Under the pieces are notes generated by a model. The model made no database searches, was not told where the DNA came from, and saw only the letters and a program-made list of their open reading frames with translations. From positions 2,630-66,629 of the IMG/VR virus record IMGVR_UViG_3300021356_000014: a DNA stretch of 64,000 nucleotides. One strand, given 5' to 3'. The translations under genes and the position numbers were made by a program. The stretch is from a virus. Of this stretch, positions 10,401 to 21,036 are shown piece by piece; the stretch's first letter is position 1; each line of letters opens with the position of its first letter.

Positions 10401-12080
10401 GTTATCATATTAGAGGCAGCCTTAGCTAACTTTGCTAATTCTACGGCAACTGTAAGATATGCTAAAGAGTTAGAAGTTGTTAACGCTAAGTTAGCTCAAT
10501 CTATTAAAGATGGAGATAAGTATAATGAGTTTCTTAGAGAGCAAGCACAACTTACGCAAGACCTAAATAGACTTAGACAAGAGGAGGGCAGGTCTTTAGA
10601 GGCTCAAACTCCTGATGGAAGAGCCGAAAAGGAAGCAGAAATTATAAGAAAGTTAGCTGCATTAGAGAGGGAACAGTTTAGGATTACTACTAGAACTATT
10701 GAATCGGAGAGAGATAAGATTGCCCGCAATAGGCAGCAAGAGGTTATAGATTTAGCGGATTTAGAGATACAAAGAATAAAAGATAATCTTGCAGAGGAGA
10801 TAAGATTAGGTAATGAAGCAAATATTAAGGCGTTAAATAATGAGTTGGCAATAGCAACGGAGTTATTACAAATAGAGCAAATTAAGTTAGATATAATAGA
10901 GGAGGAGCAGCTTATAAGAAATCAAGTTGTAGGTATTCAAAATTCCTTACTTATTGGTGAGATAGGCAGAAATAACAAACTTCTTGACCGTATCGACTTG
11001 ATTAAGCAAGAGGGAGGCAGCCTAACTAGCCAAGAAACAAAAATAAATAAATTAAGAGATGAGTTCGCATTTAAGGCGAAGCGTAGAGAAATAAGAGATG
11101 ATATAGATATACTTGAGCAGAAGTTAAAGAATAGCCAACTAGAAGCTACTGAAGAGCTTACACTAAAAAAAGAGTTATCAGAAAAGGAATTAGAACTACA
11201 AGATTTAGTTTTTGAGCGTAGAAAGACAAAACAAGAGGAGGCAAGACAAGAACAATTAGAGATACTAAATACGTTAAGCGATAATTTGCAGTCTTCCTTC
11301 ACTAACTTAGATTCTGTATTTCAATCACTTTCTGAGAATAGACTAAAAAGGATTCAAAGAGAGGCAGACCTTCAAATTTTACTTGCAGGTAATAATAATG
11401 AGAAAATACAAAAGATTGAAGCAGCTAGAGAGAAAAAGCTAAGAGAGGAGCGTAAAAAGACATTTGAGCAGTCTAAGAAGTTGCAACTTGCTGCTCTAGC
11501 TATACAGACGGCTAGTGGTATTGTGAATATCTTATCAGCACCTACTACTATCCCAATACCTTTTGATGCTATTGTCAAAGCAGCACAAATTGCAGCATTA
11601 GTAACTCAAAGTGCCGCATCTGCCGCCTCAATCAGTAGCCAGACATTCGCAGAAGGGGGTTACACAGGTAGCAGTACAAATAAGAAAGATAAAACAGGCA
11701 GAAGACCAGCAGGAATTGTACATAATGATGAATGGGTAGCCAATACGGAAGTACTTAGACATCCTGAAGGCGCACAACTAATAGCCAAAGCAGAAATGTT
11801 AAGACGTAGAATAAAAGGAGGATCAACATTCACAAAAAATAAAGGGTACTTCGCAGAAGGTGGATTTACAGGAGCAAGCTTTGTGCCTACATTGCCCACA
11901 TTTGCAAGTAATAGCGCACCAAGTGTAGCAGGCTTTACAGACGAGCAAATTGAGGTGCTTGCAGAAACACTATCTGTAGCAGTTGCTCAAGGGTCAAGAC
12001 AAGGTCTAGTAGAAGGGAGACAAGATGAAAACAGACTCTCTGAACGATTAAATTCATTAAACAATACAATAAATAGATAA
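7455..12080 (+). CDS. tape measure protein (TP901-like core)
   Basis: LGATTQFTASDVA..LARLGF core, central hydrophobic segments, long coiled coil, C-terminal FAEGGYTG..AGIVH..EWV; ATG 7455 preferred over the track's TTG 7416, which lies in the hairpin. Confidence 0.92.
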   Translation: MANEIKLRINIETNQRFGVLAENFDKLSKSLRLIGKTTGTTAQKFKDIEAALNRYVLSSKNTISSAGALQAANTLLTKSLEQQKQEALKSSDAYTKLSASLRNTKQEINENVKAQQLQLNINRKADGSIDKLKLQLRKLREEYSKLSTSQREGLEGLNIRDQAKQIGGELTAANTLLNKSIEEQKQEVLKSSDAYTKLSASLRNTKQEINENVKAQQLQLNINRKADGSIDKLKLQLRQLREEYSKLSTSQREGLEGFDIRFKAKQIGEDIKKANDEFTEATKGFDDNSKKSVGAFQRLGLGSLGAIAAFEGLRRSIVRVGETLGEFERNISILGAVTGEFEDGLPTQKLTDLETTIKDLGATTQFTASDVASLATELARLGFNTEQIDATLGNVLNLALIAGESTSRAAEVLGSTINAFGLEFTEATRVVDLLAKAFSSSALDLTKFDVAVGTVGAVAKQAGIEIEEVAAVMGVLSNAGFDASIAATAFRNILIRSAEAGKDYRQALSEVSDATNSTLKAFELFGVRGAPQATVIADAFDSGEINKLAADFRKAQEDAFSTEAVGFIEQDFQSAINEFKSALEGLTITIGEVLSPVMTDLLSLTTSVLQGFRGFYTTIGEGLGIIESTSDEVKEFNAAVKISTVLIGIFSTSLLFTTGRAIFPFVSSLAASVISLFSMQGALVATSGALGVFRFALASTGIGALVIAVGFLIAALIEAGIALAQGKKNVNIFGKALRDVGNVLRVIFLFVEGVFRTIGAVFLVLTGQVRRAEKSMENFGKKVRDVTNDIKGLKEEAKIEITFDDKLLISKLAESQIKAEIAKLDEQIEPLKIKARFDPINQTEAKSQLEALDKQRKLFQEELARREAARSKQIADEAFSRTLAGLKEEQKKLREELEQTDPLSAAFETTLARLRRVEREIKKINDRIANTTKTALEIFTSNLKENKKALDNLIFSGGNYDNILKKVTESQTRYNQFQADSKVIILEAALANFANSTATVRYAKELEVVNAKLAQSIKDGDKYNEFLREQAQLTQDLNRLRQEEGRSLEAQTPDGRAEKEAEIIRKLAALEREQFRITTRTIESERDKIARNRQQEVIDLADLEIQRIKDNLAEEIRLGNEANIKALNNELAIATELLQIEQIKLDIIEEEQLIRNQVVGIQNSLLIGEIGRNNKLLDRIDLIKQEGGSLTSQETKINKLRDEFAFKAKRREIRDDIDILEQKLKNSQLEATEELTLKKELSEKELELQDLVFERRKTKQEEARQEQLEILNTLSDNLQSSFTNLDSVFQSLSENRLKRIQREADLQILLAGNNNEKIQKIEAAREKKLREERKKTFEQSKKLQLAALAIQTASGIVNILSAPTTIPIPFDAIVKAAQIAALVTQSAASAASISSQTFAEGGYTGSSTNKKDKTGRRPAGIVHNDEWVANTEVLRHPEGAQLIAKAEMLRRRIKGGSTFTKNKGYFAEGGFTGASFVPTLPTFASNSAPSVAGFTDEQIEVLAETLSVAVAQGSRQGLVEGRQDENRLSERLNSLNNTINR
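7665..8260 (+). repeat. 303-bp (101 aa) tandem duplication in the tape measure N-terminus
   Basis: GAGTAGTGATGC at 7721 and 8024; AANTLL...KQIG present twice. Confidence 0.95.
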
Positions 12081-13345
12081 TGCTCGCACAAATAAATAGT
12101 ACGCCAAATTATATATCAACTATTGACGAATTTGTTTTTGAAGTTGAACTTACAGGCAGCCCTACATCTGGAATTACTGAACGCTTATTTTATCAACTAA
12201 CAGATGCAGGCGGAAACGCTTTAACGCAACGCTACGCTATAGACGATATAAACGGTACTTTAACGTTGCGTTTAGGAACGCTAGTTTTACCGTTTATTGA
12301 AACGCTACTTCCCGTTTATACAAACGCTATATTAGATAGCGTTTCTGAGGGCTATGGCAAAGATGTGCGACTAATCGTGGGCAGACAAATAATTGATGAG
12401 GCAACTTGTAGTATTACTTATACAAGTGATGACTCTAGTAATACTATGTATGTAGTGAATGCATATAATTCAATAAATACTTTTGAGGATTTGTTTAGCA
12501 CCTCTACAAGTATAACAAGTGCTAAGTCTGTGATATTAACAAGCAGACCAAATACCACAACGGTAAATGTTAATACGCCAGATTTTATTCAAGTTTATAA
12601 TCCTATTGATGGTACTGCCAACACTTTAAATTATGAAGTTAAGTATTATAATTCTGAGTGCCAATTAATGAATATATTGAGTGGTACGGTTAATAAAAAT
12701 AGCACTCGTATTACAAATTTATTTTATTATACTGGCAGCAGTAATACTTTATTTTTATTGCCTGCATATAATCCATCCAATCCGACTCAAGAATATAATG
12801 GTATTGATACTGTTAATCTTGAAAATCAAGATATAGCAAAAATAGAAATTATATTTACTGGTAAAGTATCTAAAACTTATACGGTAAAGATATTAGGTTG
12901 TGATATGAAAGAGGTAGCCTACAAATCTGCAATTTACAGTTTAGATAGGTTAGGCGGATATAATTCATTACCATTCGATATTTTATATAGCTTATCAAGA
13001 AAGACAGGAACTATTCGCAGCTTTGTCGATATATCAGATAAAGGATATGGGAAATTAAGAACAGGCTTCTCGTCCTCGAATAATCAGTCATTCAGGTCTT
13101 TCAATGCCGTACATAAAATGCGTAGAAACAATTTAGAAATAATTGATTTTACGGAACAATTTTTCAATTCAAATAGTTTTTATATATATGTAGATAATAA
13201 TATAGCTACCCCAGTAGGTGCAGCTATAAATTATAAGTTTAATAAAGCTATACTAGAAAATGGAAATATAAAAATCAGCCAAGATGCGGGAGTATTAGAA
13301 GTTAAATTTAAAGGTAGAATGGGCAGTAATTTAAAAGCACAATAA
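12080..13345 (+). CDS. tail/baseplate protein (distal-tail position)
   Basis: Directly follows the tape measure gene; LDRLGGYNS motif; positional inference. Confidence 0.6.
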   Translation: MLAQINSTPNYISTIDEFVFEVELTGSPTSGITERLFYQLTDAGGNALTQRYAIDDINGTLTLRLGTLVLPFIETLLPVYTNAILDSVSEGYGKDVRLIVGRQIIDEATCSITYTSDDSSNTMYVVNAYNSINTFEDLFSTSTSITSAKSVILTSRPNTTTVNVNTPDFIQVYNPIDGTANTLNYEVKYYNSECQLMNILSGTVNKNSTRITNLFYYTGSSNTLFLLPAYNPSNPTQEYNGIDTVNLENQDIAKIEIIFTGKVSKTYTVKILGCDMKEVAYKSAIYSLDRLGGYNSLPFDILYSLSRKTGTIRSFVDISDKGYGKLRTGFSSSNNQSFRSFNAVHKMRRNNLEIIDFTEQFFNSNSFYIYVDNNIATPVGAAINYKFNKAILENGNIKISQDAGVLEVKFKGRMGSNLKAQ

Positions 13346-16300
13346 TGAAAATATTAATATACGAACATCCAGAAAATACACCAACAAAATTTTTAGATAA
13401 CGGAGAATTATATTTTGACTTAAAGGAAGACACTCGTATTAGAATAACTAAAAAAGTAAAGGATTTATACAAATATGAAGACTTAAAAGGGGAGGGTATT
13501 TTAGGATTTTCCCTTCCTAGTAGTGATAAGAACTACTTTATCTTAAATAAGTATATACACAACACATTAGATTTTAACTTTGAACCGATTACAATAAGAT
13601 TATTTGTAGACGGTGTTTATTTACCTTATACTCAGTTAAGAGTAAAATCTTATGACGATAACACTAAAGAATTTTCGGTAGAACTATCTGACCAAGAATT
13701 TAATGTGAAAGACAAAGCAAAACAGCTTACATTAAATAATATAAATCTTGGTAACTCAAGATTTGTAATGGGGAGTGTAGGAGATGCAGAAGGGGTGCTA
13801 CACTATTGGAATAGTCCTGATTATATTGATATAGCAGGATCAAACCCTGTTCGTTATGGCTTCGGCAATTTTGGTAGATACTTAGATTACTATTCTAACA
13901 AATTATGTGCAAATGATATGCGAATGTTTGTATCATTACACGCACTATTAAAGCAAGGGTTTTGTGAGTTAGGTTATTCATTCAGTACAGACTTTTATAA
14001 TTCTCAATGGTATCGCAAAATTTATCTTTACTGTATGGGTAAAGATTTTTACAAATACAATTCAGGTAATAAAATATTTTTCAAGATTAGTAAAGATAGT
14101 AATTCTTACCTTGATAACACCACTGAAAATCAAACTCAAGATGATTGGACTATCGTTCAAGATTCTAATAATATGGCCTTACCTGTTCAAACATTTGTTA
14201 ATATAAGTAATGAGTCAGGTGTGACGTGTGATCTTGGATTAAATGTAGATTTAATTTTTAGGGCTTCTGAAGTAGTAAATGGGAATGGCTCTACTAGAGG
14301 TACATTATTATCGGTTATGAATTCTGTTGATGGAGGTTATATTGTCTTAACTGTAGAGCATCTTAGAGCCTTGCCAAATCCTGACTCTATACGTTATTAT
14401 TGCAAGTCATACGAGATACCTGATAACATTACTGAATTAAACCAATTCGAGATAAATGACAATATTCAATTTGATATTATAGATTGGAGACCTGAAGATA
14501 CATTAAGAGTTAGCCTAATTGGCAGTAATGATTACTTCGATAGTTTATTAGATGGAACAGATATTAACCCTGATACACAAACGGCTATAAATAACGCATA
14601 TTTAGGTAATCTAATATTTGGTGAAGGTACAATTATAAATACATTCGCAAATGGCAGGCATTTATACCTTGGAGATGAGCATATAATAAAGAACTTTTTA
14701 TCAAGTGAATATACCTTCGATGAATTATTGAGAGGATTAAGTCATATGGGATTTCGCTTTGATTTCAATATTTTAGATAGAAAAGTCGAAATGTTTGCAG
14801 AGCAGAATACTAGCATTCATTATGAAGCGGTTGATGGGTATTTTAAACCTACTAGAGATGCCATAAACGTTTCAAATTATATCCAACCAGAATCATTAAA
14901 AGTAGAATTTAAAAGTCAAGATTTAAGTAGATATAAACAATTTCAATTCAAAAATACAAGTGATGCATATACAGATAGTTTAGATTTAAGTTTACCTTTA
15001 TATTCTCGTATTTTTGATTTTGGTAAATATGGATTTGATAATAGCGAAACCGATGAGTCTGAGAATCCATTTTTTGAGGCTACTTCAAATTCTAAATTGC
15101 AACTTTTATCATTTACAAAGGATATTAACTTACCTGCAATAACAGATAATTTAGATACAGAAGGTAATCCACATTTTACATTTGGTACACTCTCTACCGA
15201 TATACAGCCCAGAATTTTAATATTTGATAACCATTCTCATCAATACTCTCGTTTTTATAATGAATCTGAGGACTTAGTTGTATATACCAAACAAAATTTA
15301 CCTTTTGAATATCCTGACCCCTTAAATACAAGCACAAAAATTCAAGTAACCCAAACACCAAATTTCTCTCAGTGCTTTGACTTTTATACTAGTATTGAGA
15401 ATACGGGTTTCAGCGATTATGCAACTTTTACCTTTAACTTACCGAGTATATCTCAAGTAACCTTAAATGATGTTACCCTAAATGCTATTAGTTTAAGTAG
15501 TGTGGTAGGGTTCAACTTTCCGTATAATATTCCGCAAGATGCCTCAAATTTTGTGAATGACTTGCAGACATATATTGATAGTGACCCTACTTTGTCTGGG
15601 ACTGTATCATATGATGCGTCCACAATGAAATTCAGGATTAGTAATGCGTCAGATATAGGAAATAATTATACGACATATAATTATGCCTATACTGATGTAG
15701 ATGGAATTGTAGTGTCGGGAGTGGGGATTTTTTCGAGCAGTGTATCAGAACTTGTACGTATATCTGAGTACTCGGTAGTATATGGTTACAAATATGATGA
15801 TTTGTTTAACACAATGCTAAAATTTCCAATTGCTGATATACTTAAATCTAATCTACATAAATATTTATTAAATATAGATGCTAATTTATATAGGCAATTA
15901 GATTTTAGAACGCCTCTGCTCATAGAGTATGGCAGCATTGTATATCCTGCAAAACTTTTAGAAATAAATGACTACTTGTTTACGGACATCATCTCTACAC
16001 CTATTACAGTTTGCCCAATTCCTGAGAAGTTATTGGGGTGTTTTCGAACTTGTACGTACTCAATAAATCTAAAAAACAAAAATATTTTTGATATTATATT
16101 ACAAGATAATACAAGTTTAAAAGAGGCGTATTCACATATCTTCGGGTTTCCATATATTTTAGATGGTACACTCCCAGAACAAGAAGAACAAGAGTTGAGA
16201 CTGCAATCTGATATACAACAATTCTTAGAGTTGTATTTCCCTGTAGGGAGTGCATTTGTGAACTACCCAACTCTTGAGGTTGTAGCAACTGCAGCACCAT

Positions 16301-16380
16301 TTTATAGTATCTCCAGTAGTCCACAACCTAACGGAAGTATATTTCAAATTGATTTATTCACCCAAAGTAATTGCGAGTAA
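13345..16380 (+). CDS. large tail tip/baseplate hub protein
   Basis: 1011 aa; N-terminal FSLPSSDKN motif; second gene after the tape measure. Confidence 0.6.
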   Translation: MKILIYEHPENTPTKFLDNGELYFDLKEDTRIRITKKVKDLYKYEDLKGEGILGFSLPSSDKNYFILNKYIHNTLDFNFEPITIRLFVDGVYLPYTQLRVKSYDDNTKEFSVELSDQEFNVKDKAKQLTLNNINLGNSRFVMGSVGDAEGVLHYWNSPDYIDIAGSNPVRYGFGNFGRYLDYYSNKLCANDMRMFVSLHALLKQGFCELGYSFSTDFYNSQWYRKIYLYCMGKDFYKYNSGNKIFFKISKDSNSYLDNTTENQTQDDWTIVQDSNNMALPVQTFVNISNESGVTCDLGLNVDLIFRASEVVNGNGSTRGTLLSVMNSVDGGYIVLTVEHLRALPNPDSIRYYCKSYEIPDNITELNQFEINDNIQFDIIDWRPEDTLRVSLIGSNDYFDSLLDGTDINPDTQTAINNAYLGNLIFGEGTIINTFANGRHLYLGDEHIIKNFLSSEYTFDELLRGLSHMGFRFDFNILDRKVEMFAEQNTSIHYEAVDGYFKPTRDAINVSNYIQPESLKVEFKSQDLSRYKQFQFKNTSDAYTDSLDLSLPLYSRIFDFGKYGFDNSETDESENPFFEATSNSKLQLLSFTKDINLPAITDNLDTEGNPHFTFGTLSTDIQPRILIFDNHSHQYSRFYNESEDLVVYTKQNLPFEYPDPLNTSTKIQVTQTPNFSQCFDFYTSIENTGFSDYATFTFNLPSISQVTLNDVTLNAISLSSVVGFNFPYNIPQDASNFVNDLQTYIDSDPTLSGTVSYDASTMKFRISNASDIGNNYTTYNYAYTDVDGIVVSGVGIFSSSVSELVRISEYSVVYGYKYDDLFNTMLKFPIADILKSNLHKYLLNIDANLYRQLDFRTPLLIEYGSIVYPAKLLEINDYLFTDIISTPITVCPIPEKLLGCFRTCTYSINLKNKNIFDIILQDNTSLKEAYSHIFGFPYILDGTLPEQEEQELRLQSDIQQFLELYFPVGSAFVNYPTLEVVATAAPFYSISSSPQPNGSIFQIDLFTQSNCE

Positions 16381-16569
16381 ATGAAATATAATTTGTTAAA
16401 ATCGCTATCAGATGAAACTAAACATGAACTTTTATTGTTATACGAAAATAACGATCTAAAAGAATTTCGATTGAGGCTCTTTAAAATTAGGTTCTATGGT
16501 TGCACGTGTGCAGGAAAAAAAGAGCTAGAACGAGAATATAATTATATAAAAACACTTGTAGATGCCTAA
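16381..16569 (+). CDS. hypothetical protein
   Basis: 62 aa ORF abutting both neighbours. Confidence 0.5.
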   Translation: MKYNLLKSLSDETKHELLLLYENNDLKEFRLRLFKIRFYGCTCAGKKELEREYNYIKTLVDA

Positions 16570-17542
16570 AAAATTTACAACGGAAGAATGGATTGAGGCT
16601 TGTAGAGAAAAAAGGCCAGATTTTGAGGATTACGATTTTAGCAAGGTAGAATATATAAATGCTGATACAAAGGTTTTAATAATCCATAAGGATTTCCCTG
16701 AGCATCCATGGGAAGTAATACCTCCTAATTTTAAAGATAAGGGGCGGTCACATCCTATGATAAGTGGGACTTATAGATGGACAACTGAAGAATGGATTGA
16801 GGCTTGTAGAAAAAAAAGGCCAGATTTTTATGATTACGATTTTAGTAAGGTCGAATATGTGGATACTCGCACAAAAGTATTAATAAAACATAAGGAGTTT
16901 CCTGAGTATAGATGGGAAGTAATGCCTAATTGTTTTAAAGATAGGGGAATATCACATCCTATGATAAGTGGGACTTATAGATGGACAACTGAAGAATGGA
17001 TTCAGGATTGTAAAGCAAAAAGGCCAGATTTTGATGATTATATATTTGATTATGTTGAATACGTAGACTCAAGAACTAAAGTATTAATAAAGCATAAGGA
17101 TTTTCCGCAAAATGATTGGTATGTATATCCTAAACAATTTAAAGATAGGGGAGACTCACATCCTTTGCTGTATAAGCGAGGATATTCAAGAACTGATTTT
17201 AAAAATTATTGTATAAAAAACAATAAAGGTAAAGGATTCCTATACTTGATATATTTTATATGTAAAACATCTGGGGAAAAGTTCACTAAAATTGGAATCA
17301 CGAGCAGGACTGTGAAAGAAAGATTTTGTGGTATGAAATATAATCATTTAAAAATTAAAAAAACTGTTTTGTTAGAGCAAGAGCCTGATTTGATATACGA
17401 CCTAGAAAATGAAATACTAAGAGAATATAGACACTATAAATTCAATCCTACCATAACCTTTAAAGGGCAAACCGAATGCTTCACCTCTGACGCATGGCCT
17501 ATCATTTTAAAAGAAAAATTAGCAAAATACTTAATCACATAA
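16562..17542 (+). CDS. homing endonuclease-like protein: three 68-aa repeats plus a C-terminal GIY-YIG-type domain
   Basis: TTEEWI..YDFSKVEY..TKVLI repeats starting 16577, 16781, 16985 (204-bp period); C-terminal FLYLI..KIGITSRTVKERF..GQTECF. Confidence 0.75.
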   Translation: MPKKFTTEEWIEACREKRPDFEDYDFSKVEYINADTKVLIIHKDFPEHPWEVIPPNFKDKGRSHPMISGTYRWTTEEWIEACRKKRPDFYDYDFSKVEYVDTRTKVLIKHKEFPEYRWEVMPNCFKDRGISHPMISGTYRWTTEEWIQDCKAKRPDFDDYIFDYVEYVDSRTKVLIKHKDFPQNDWYVYPKQFKDRGDSHPLLYKRGYSRTDFKNYCIKNNKGKGFLYLIYFICKTSGEKFTKIGITSRTVKERFCGMKYNHLKIKKTVLLEQEPDLIYDLENEILREYRHYKFNPTITFKGQTECFTSDAWPIILKEKLAKYLIT

Positions 17543-17543
17543 T

Positions 17544-17798
17544 ATGAGTAATAATACCAAATTGCTACTTGAGTTTTACAATCGAGTAGCTGTAAATTCT
17601 AAAGTAGAAAATTTAGAAGACATCCCATTAGAAAGTTTAGAATTTCTGTCTATGCTAAACACAGCATCTTTGACTTATCCTTTTGTCATTGAGGGGTTAA
17701 GAAAAAATCAAACGGCAGCTCAGATTTCAAGAAAGACCAAACTCCCTACTCACAAAATTAGAGTTATTGGTAAAAATATCGGCAAATATAAAAAATAA
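17544..17798 (+). CDS. small HTH-like protein, candidate late regulator
   Basis: QTAAQISRKTKLPTHKIRVI resembles a helix-turn-helix; lies directly upstream of the head operon promoter. Confidence 0.5.
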   Translation: MSNNTKLLLEFYNRVAVNSKVENLEDIPLESLEFLSMLNTASLTYPFVIEGLRKNQTAAQISRKTKLPTHKIRVIGKNIGKYKK

Positions 17799-17861
17799 TG
17801 ATAAATATAACAATATATACACTTATGTAAGGTGCATAGGTATATAAATATCTTATATTTG
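17798..17861 (+). promoter_or_regulatory. putative late promoter of the head operon
   Basis: ATGATAAATATAACAA 17798-17813, hairpin, TATATTTG at 17854. Confidence 0.6.
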
Positions 17862-17865
17862 TAGC

Positions 17866-19137
17866 ATGGAAAAAAGAATCGAAAATTTAATCAATAGTTT
17901 TTCAGTTCTCGAAATTGATATAGATTTCGGGATTGCTGCTTTAAATAAGTTCTTCCATGAACTGGAACTTGTGAAAAGCGGAGTCACACTTTCCGAATTA
18001 GGAATGAGTGAACGTAGAGAAGCTTCTAAGCCTCAAGATTTAGGCAATGGCATACGAAAAGCGCACCTTGAGGGCGTTATGAGACTTCAGGACTCTCTAT
18101 CTACAAAAGGAGTTAAATCATTGATAGCTGAGTTACAAGCCCTTGATAAAGACCCAGATGTAAATGCTATCGTTTTAGAAGTAAATTCAGGAGGAGGTGA
18201 GGCAATGGCAGGAGCAGTACTCCAATCAGCAATCTCTGATATGGACACTCCTGTATATACATATGCTCACCTTCTGGGAAGTGCGGCTGTTAGGGCAACT
18301 CTCCCCTCTATGGGCGGCATATTTCTAAGTAGTGAAAGCGCAAAGATTGGAAGTATTGGCACAATGATACAGATCAATAAAGAAATGGTCGAGTACCTAA
18401 AAGAGAATGTAGACAGCCTATATTCAGATGAAAGTACTCACAAAAATAAAGGTCTGAGAGACTATCTTCTAGGGGATAACACAAAATTAATTTCTTCACT
18501 AAATGCTGAAACTGAGATATTTAAAAATCAAGTTTTAAAGTATAGAAGCATCCCTCAAGAGTTACAGGAGAGTACTTTAAATGGCGATTTATTTATAGCA
18601 AATGAAGCAAAAAAGAGAGGACTTATTGATGGGGTATTTACTGAGAAAGAATTGATAAATCATATTGTAAACGATCTAAATTTAGATAATAAAATTATTC
18701 CTAATAAAATTGAAATTGATATGAATATTTCAAATATCGTAAATTCTATTAACAAAGTGTTCGGTTGGAATTATACTGAAGACCAATCAGCCGAGTTAGA
18801 GGCGGCGTTATCAACGGTATCTTCTATGGAAGAGCTACAAGCAATGGCCGCATCTGTTAGCGAGTTGCAGTCACAAAATTCTGAACTAACAGAAAAAGTA
18901 CAAACTATAACGCAAACGCTTGAAACAGTAACGAAAACGCTAGAAACGCTAGAAAACGTAAACGCTAAAATTGAAACGCTAGAAAGTAACGTTACAAGTC
19001 TTAGCAATTTAACTGCTGAATTAGCTAATGAGCCTGCCATCGAAGGTAATTCGGATGCACCAGAGGCATTACAAGAATCAGCTAGTGTGTTTGATGCGCA
19101 AGGCAATTTAATTATTTTAAACGACTCTAAATACTAG
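17866..19137 (+). CDS. S49 (SppA-like) prohead protease with C-terminal coiled-coil scaffold
   Basis: IVLEVNSGGG, GSAA, KIGSIGT, EAKKRGLIDG; heptad-rich C-terminus. Confidence 0.85.
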   Translation: MEKRIENLINSFSVLEIDIDFGIAALNKFFHELELVKSGVTLSELGMSERREASKPQDLGNGIRKAHLEGVMRLQDSLSTKGVKSLIAELQALDKDPDVNAIVLEVNSGGGEAMAGAVLQSAISDMDTPVYTYAHLLGSAAVRATLPSMGGIFLSSESAKIGSIGTMIQINKEMVEYLKENVDSLYSDESTHKNKGLRDYLLGDNTKLISSLNAETEIFKNQVLKYRSIPQELQESTLNGDLFIANEAKKRGLIDGVFTEKELINHIVNDLNLDNKIIPNKIEIDMNISNIVNSINKVFGWNYTEDQSAELEAALSTVSSMEELQAMAASVSELQSQNSELTEKVQTITQTLETVTKTLETLENVNAKIETLESNVTSLSNLTAELANEPAIEGNSDAPEALQESASVFDAQGNLIILNDSKY

Positions 19138-19190
19138 TCCGTAGGATTAGGTATTTTATTTTTATTTAACAAACTAAATTTTAAAAGAAA

Positions 19191-20417
19191 ATGGCAACAT
19201 TGTTTGTGAAACCAAGTTTTAATAACTTGAACCAACAATTATCCTTTCCTACGGGTTCTATCAACTATTTCATGCAAGAGCAGCTTCAGGATACAATGGG
19301 ATTTTACCAACGTACCTTCGGCTTGTATTCGTATATGCGCTTGAATAAAGAGATGAAGTACGTAATCCACTCTCTAAAGGGACAACCACTTATGTGGCAA
19401 AATCATCGTTCTTGTGGATGGGATGAAACAGGGTCAATCCGTATTGGCCGTAAAGAGTTCACTCCTACGAAAGCCAAGATCAATGAATCTTATTGCTATG
19501 ATGAGCTTTTTGATTCTACATTTAAGCATTTCTTGACGTGGAATCCTAATCAGCCTGTTCAAATGGACGAAAATGCGATAGGTCAAGTGAACCGTCTTAT
19601 TCAAGTATTATCTGAGAATGCTGTTTTAGGAGCAAGAACTTCTCTAACTGTTGGTTCTCTACACGATATGACTGCACCTGAGTTTGCATATAATGCTGAA
19701 ACACCAGTTGATATCCGTTCTTTATTCGCTCGCACATCAGGCACAGTAAACGGTTGGGTATCATTAGTAGACCAACTAGCAAAGTCTGACCCAACTCTTT
19801 ATGGACACTTAAATCTTGAAGATTTAATTTCCACAACGGATATTTCTGAGAACGGAAAAGATTTTATTGGTGATGCTACAGCACTATATGATGCATTACG
19901 TGACTCTGCTCCTGCGGATTTACAGCATTTGATGGATGAGGGCGGAATTGCAGCTACAAGTGATGGTAGTTATGAGCCTTTATTCTTGGTTTCTCCATCT
20001 ATTTACAGAGCGATTGCTCGTGAGTTCCGTTTCCAGACTATTTCTTTCAATGATATTAATCCTAGATTAACTCGTAGAGAATTTTCTCGTCAAGGTATTG
20101 GAGGTTCTAAGCCGATTTACGTATATTATATTGATGATATGCCAGTAATTCCTATTTCTGACATTAATATTTTAGATCGTTATTTGACAGGAACAACTCA
20201 CTTTGCAGCTATTACTTCTTCAAGAAATATTAGTTTAGGTGCTAGTTTTGCGGATTTACCTAATTTGGATTCTCCAAATATTGGTATGATTATTCAGCGT
20301 GAAACTGATGTACGTGAATTAGGTAAGTATTACTTTGCGGCTCATGCGTTATTTGCTACGACTATTGCTGATACGGACTTCTTTGTTGGTACGCAAAGAT
20401 ATGCAGTACCTCAATAA
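19191..20417 (+). CDS. major capsid protein
   Basis: 408 aa directly after the protease/scaffold; SCGW..G and KINESYC motifs; codon usage typical of high expression (CGT, ACT). Confidence 0.7.
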   Translation: MATLFVKPSFNNLNQQLSFPTGSINYFMQEQLQDTMGFYQRTFGLYSYMRLNKEMKYVIHSLKGQPLMWQNHRSCGWDETGSIRIGRKEFTPTKAKINESYCYDELFDSTFKHFLTWNPNQPVQMDENAIGQVNRLIQVLSENAVLGARTSLTVGSLHDMTAPEFAYNAETPVDIRSLFARTSGTVNGWVSLVDQLAKSDPTLYGHLNLEDLISTTDISENGKDFIGDATALYDALRDSAPADLQHLMDEGGIAATSDGSYEPLFLVSPSIYRAIAREFRFQTISFNDINPRLTRREFSRQGIGGSKPIYVYYIDDMPVIPISDINILDRYLTGTTHFAAITSSRNISLGASFADLPNLDSPNIGMIIQRETDVRELGKYYFAAHALFATTIADTDFFVGTQRYAVPQ

Positions 20418-20444
20418 TTAATTAACTTATAAAAACTAAAAATA

Positions 20445-21029
20445 ATGGCTTGTACTGTTACAGCTACTTTAGGAAATTTGGGTCAGAGTCCTGACTGTAA
20501 TTTACGTGGTGGCCTTAAAACAATTAAGTGGATCGAAAATCAGCATATTGATTGGGATGTGATGACAACCAATACGGCGAATTCAAATGTGAATGTTGAT
20601 GGAGAAGTTATCCAATTTGCATATACTGGTTCTGAGGATGATTCTTCTTGGCATACCCTAACTTTTGAACGTAAACTTGGCTCTTACAACTTTACTTTCA
20701 CAGAAGACGCTGATGTATATGAGCAATTGATTACTGTTACTTTTGAAGGTAAATCAAAGGCAGATCGTGAAATCTTTTTGAATGCTTTATCTGTATGTAA
20801 GATTGTGGCAGTTGTCTATGACAATAACTGTCAAGCTCGGCTCATCGGGGTCGACTACGATGGAACATTTACTGAGCAGATTAAGTCTTTACGTATTGTA
20901 CGTCACTTAGATGCTTCTGGTGAATTTGGTACTTCAAAGGCTAGAGATGAGATGGATTTAGGTGGAGAAAGTTTATTTCCTCCTATGTATGTGAATACAA
21001 CCTCTATTCCTGAAACGTCTTTAGGATAA
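20445..21029 (+). CDS. major tail tube protein (probable)
   Basis: 194 aa acidic protein; MAC..C..GGLK N-terminus and VVYDNN..RLIG, as I recall for Bacteroidota phage tube proteins. Confidence 0.6.
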   Translation: MACTVTATLGNLGQSPDCNLRGGLKTIKWIENQHIDWDVMTTNTANSNVNVDGEVIQFAYTGSEDDSSWHTLTFERKLGSYNFTFTEDADVYEQLITVTFEGKSKADREIFLNALSVCKIVAVVYDNNCQARLIGVDYDGTFTEQIKSLRIVRHLDASGEFGTSKARDEMDLGGESLFPPMYVNTTSIPETSLG

Positions 21030-21036
21030 TAGCTAA

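Noticed and set aside
16577-17165. Novel repeat system in ORF 16562
   Set aside because: Explained as tandem putative DNA-binding repeats of a homing-endonuclease-like protein, a known architecture.
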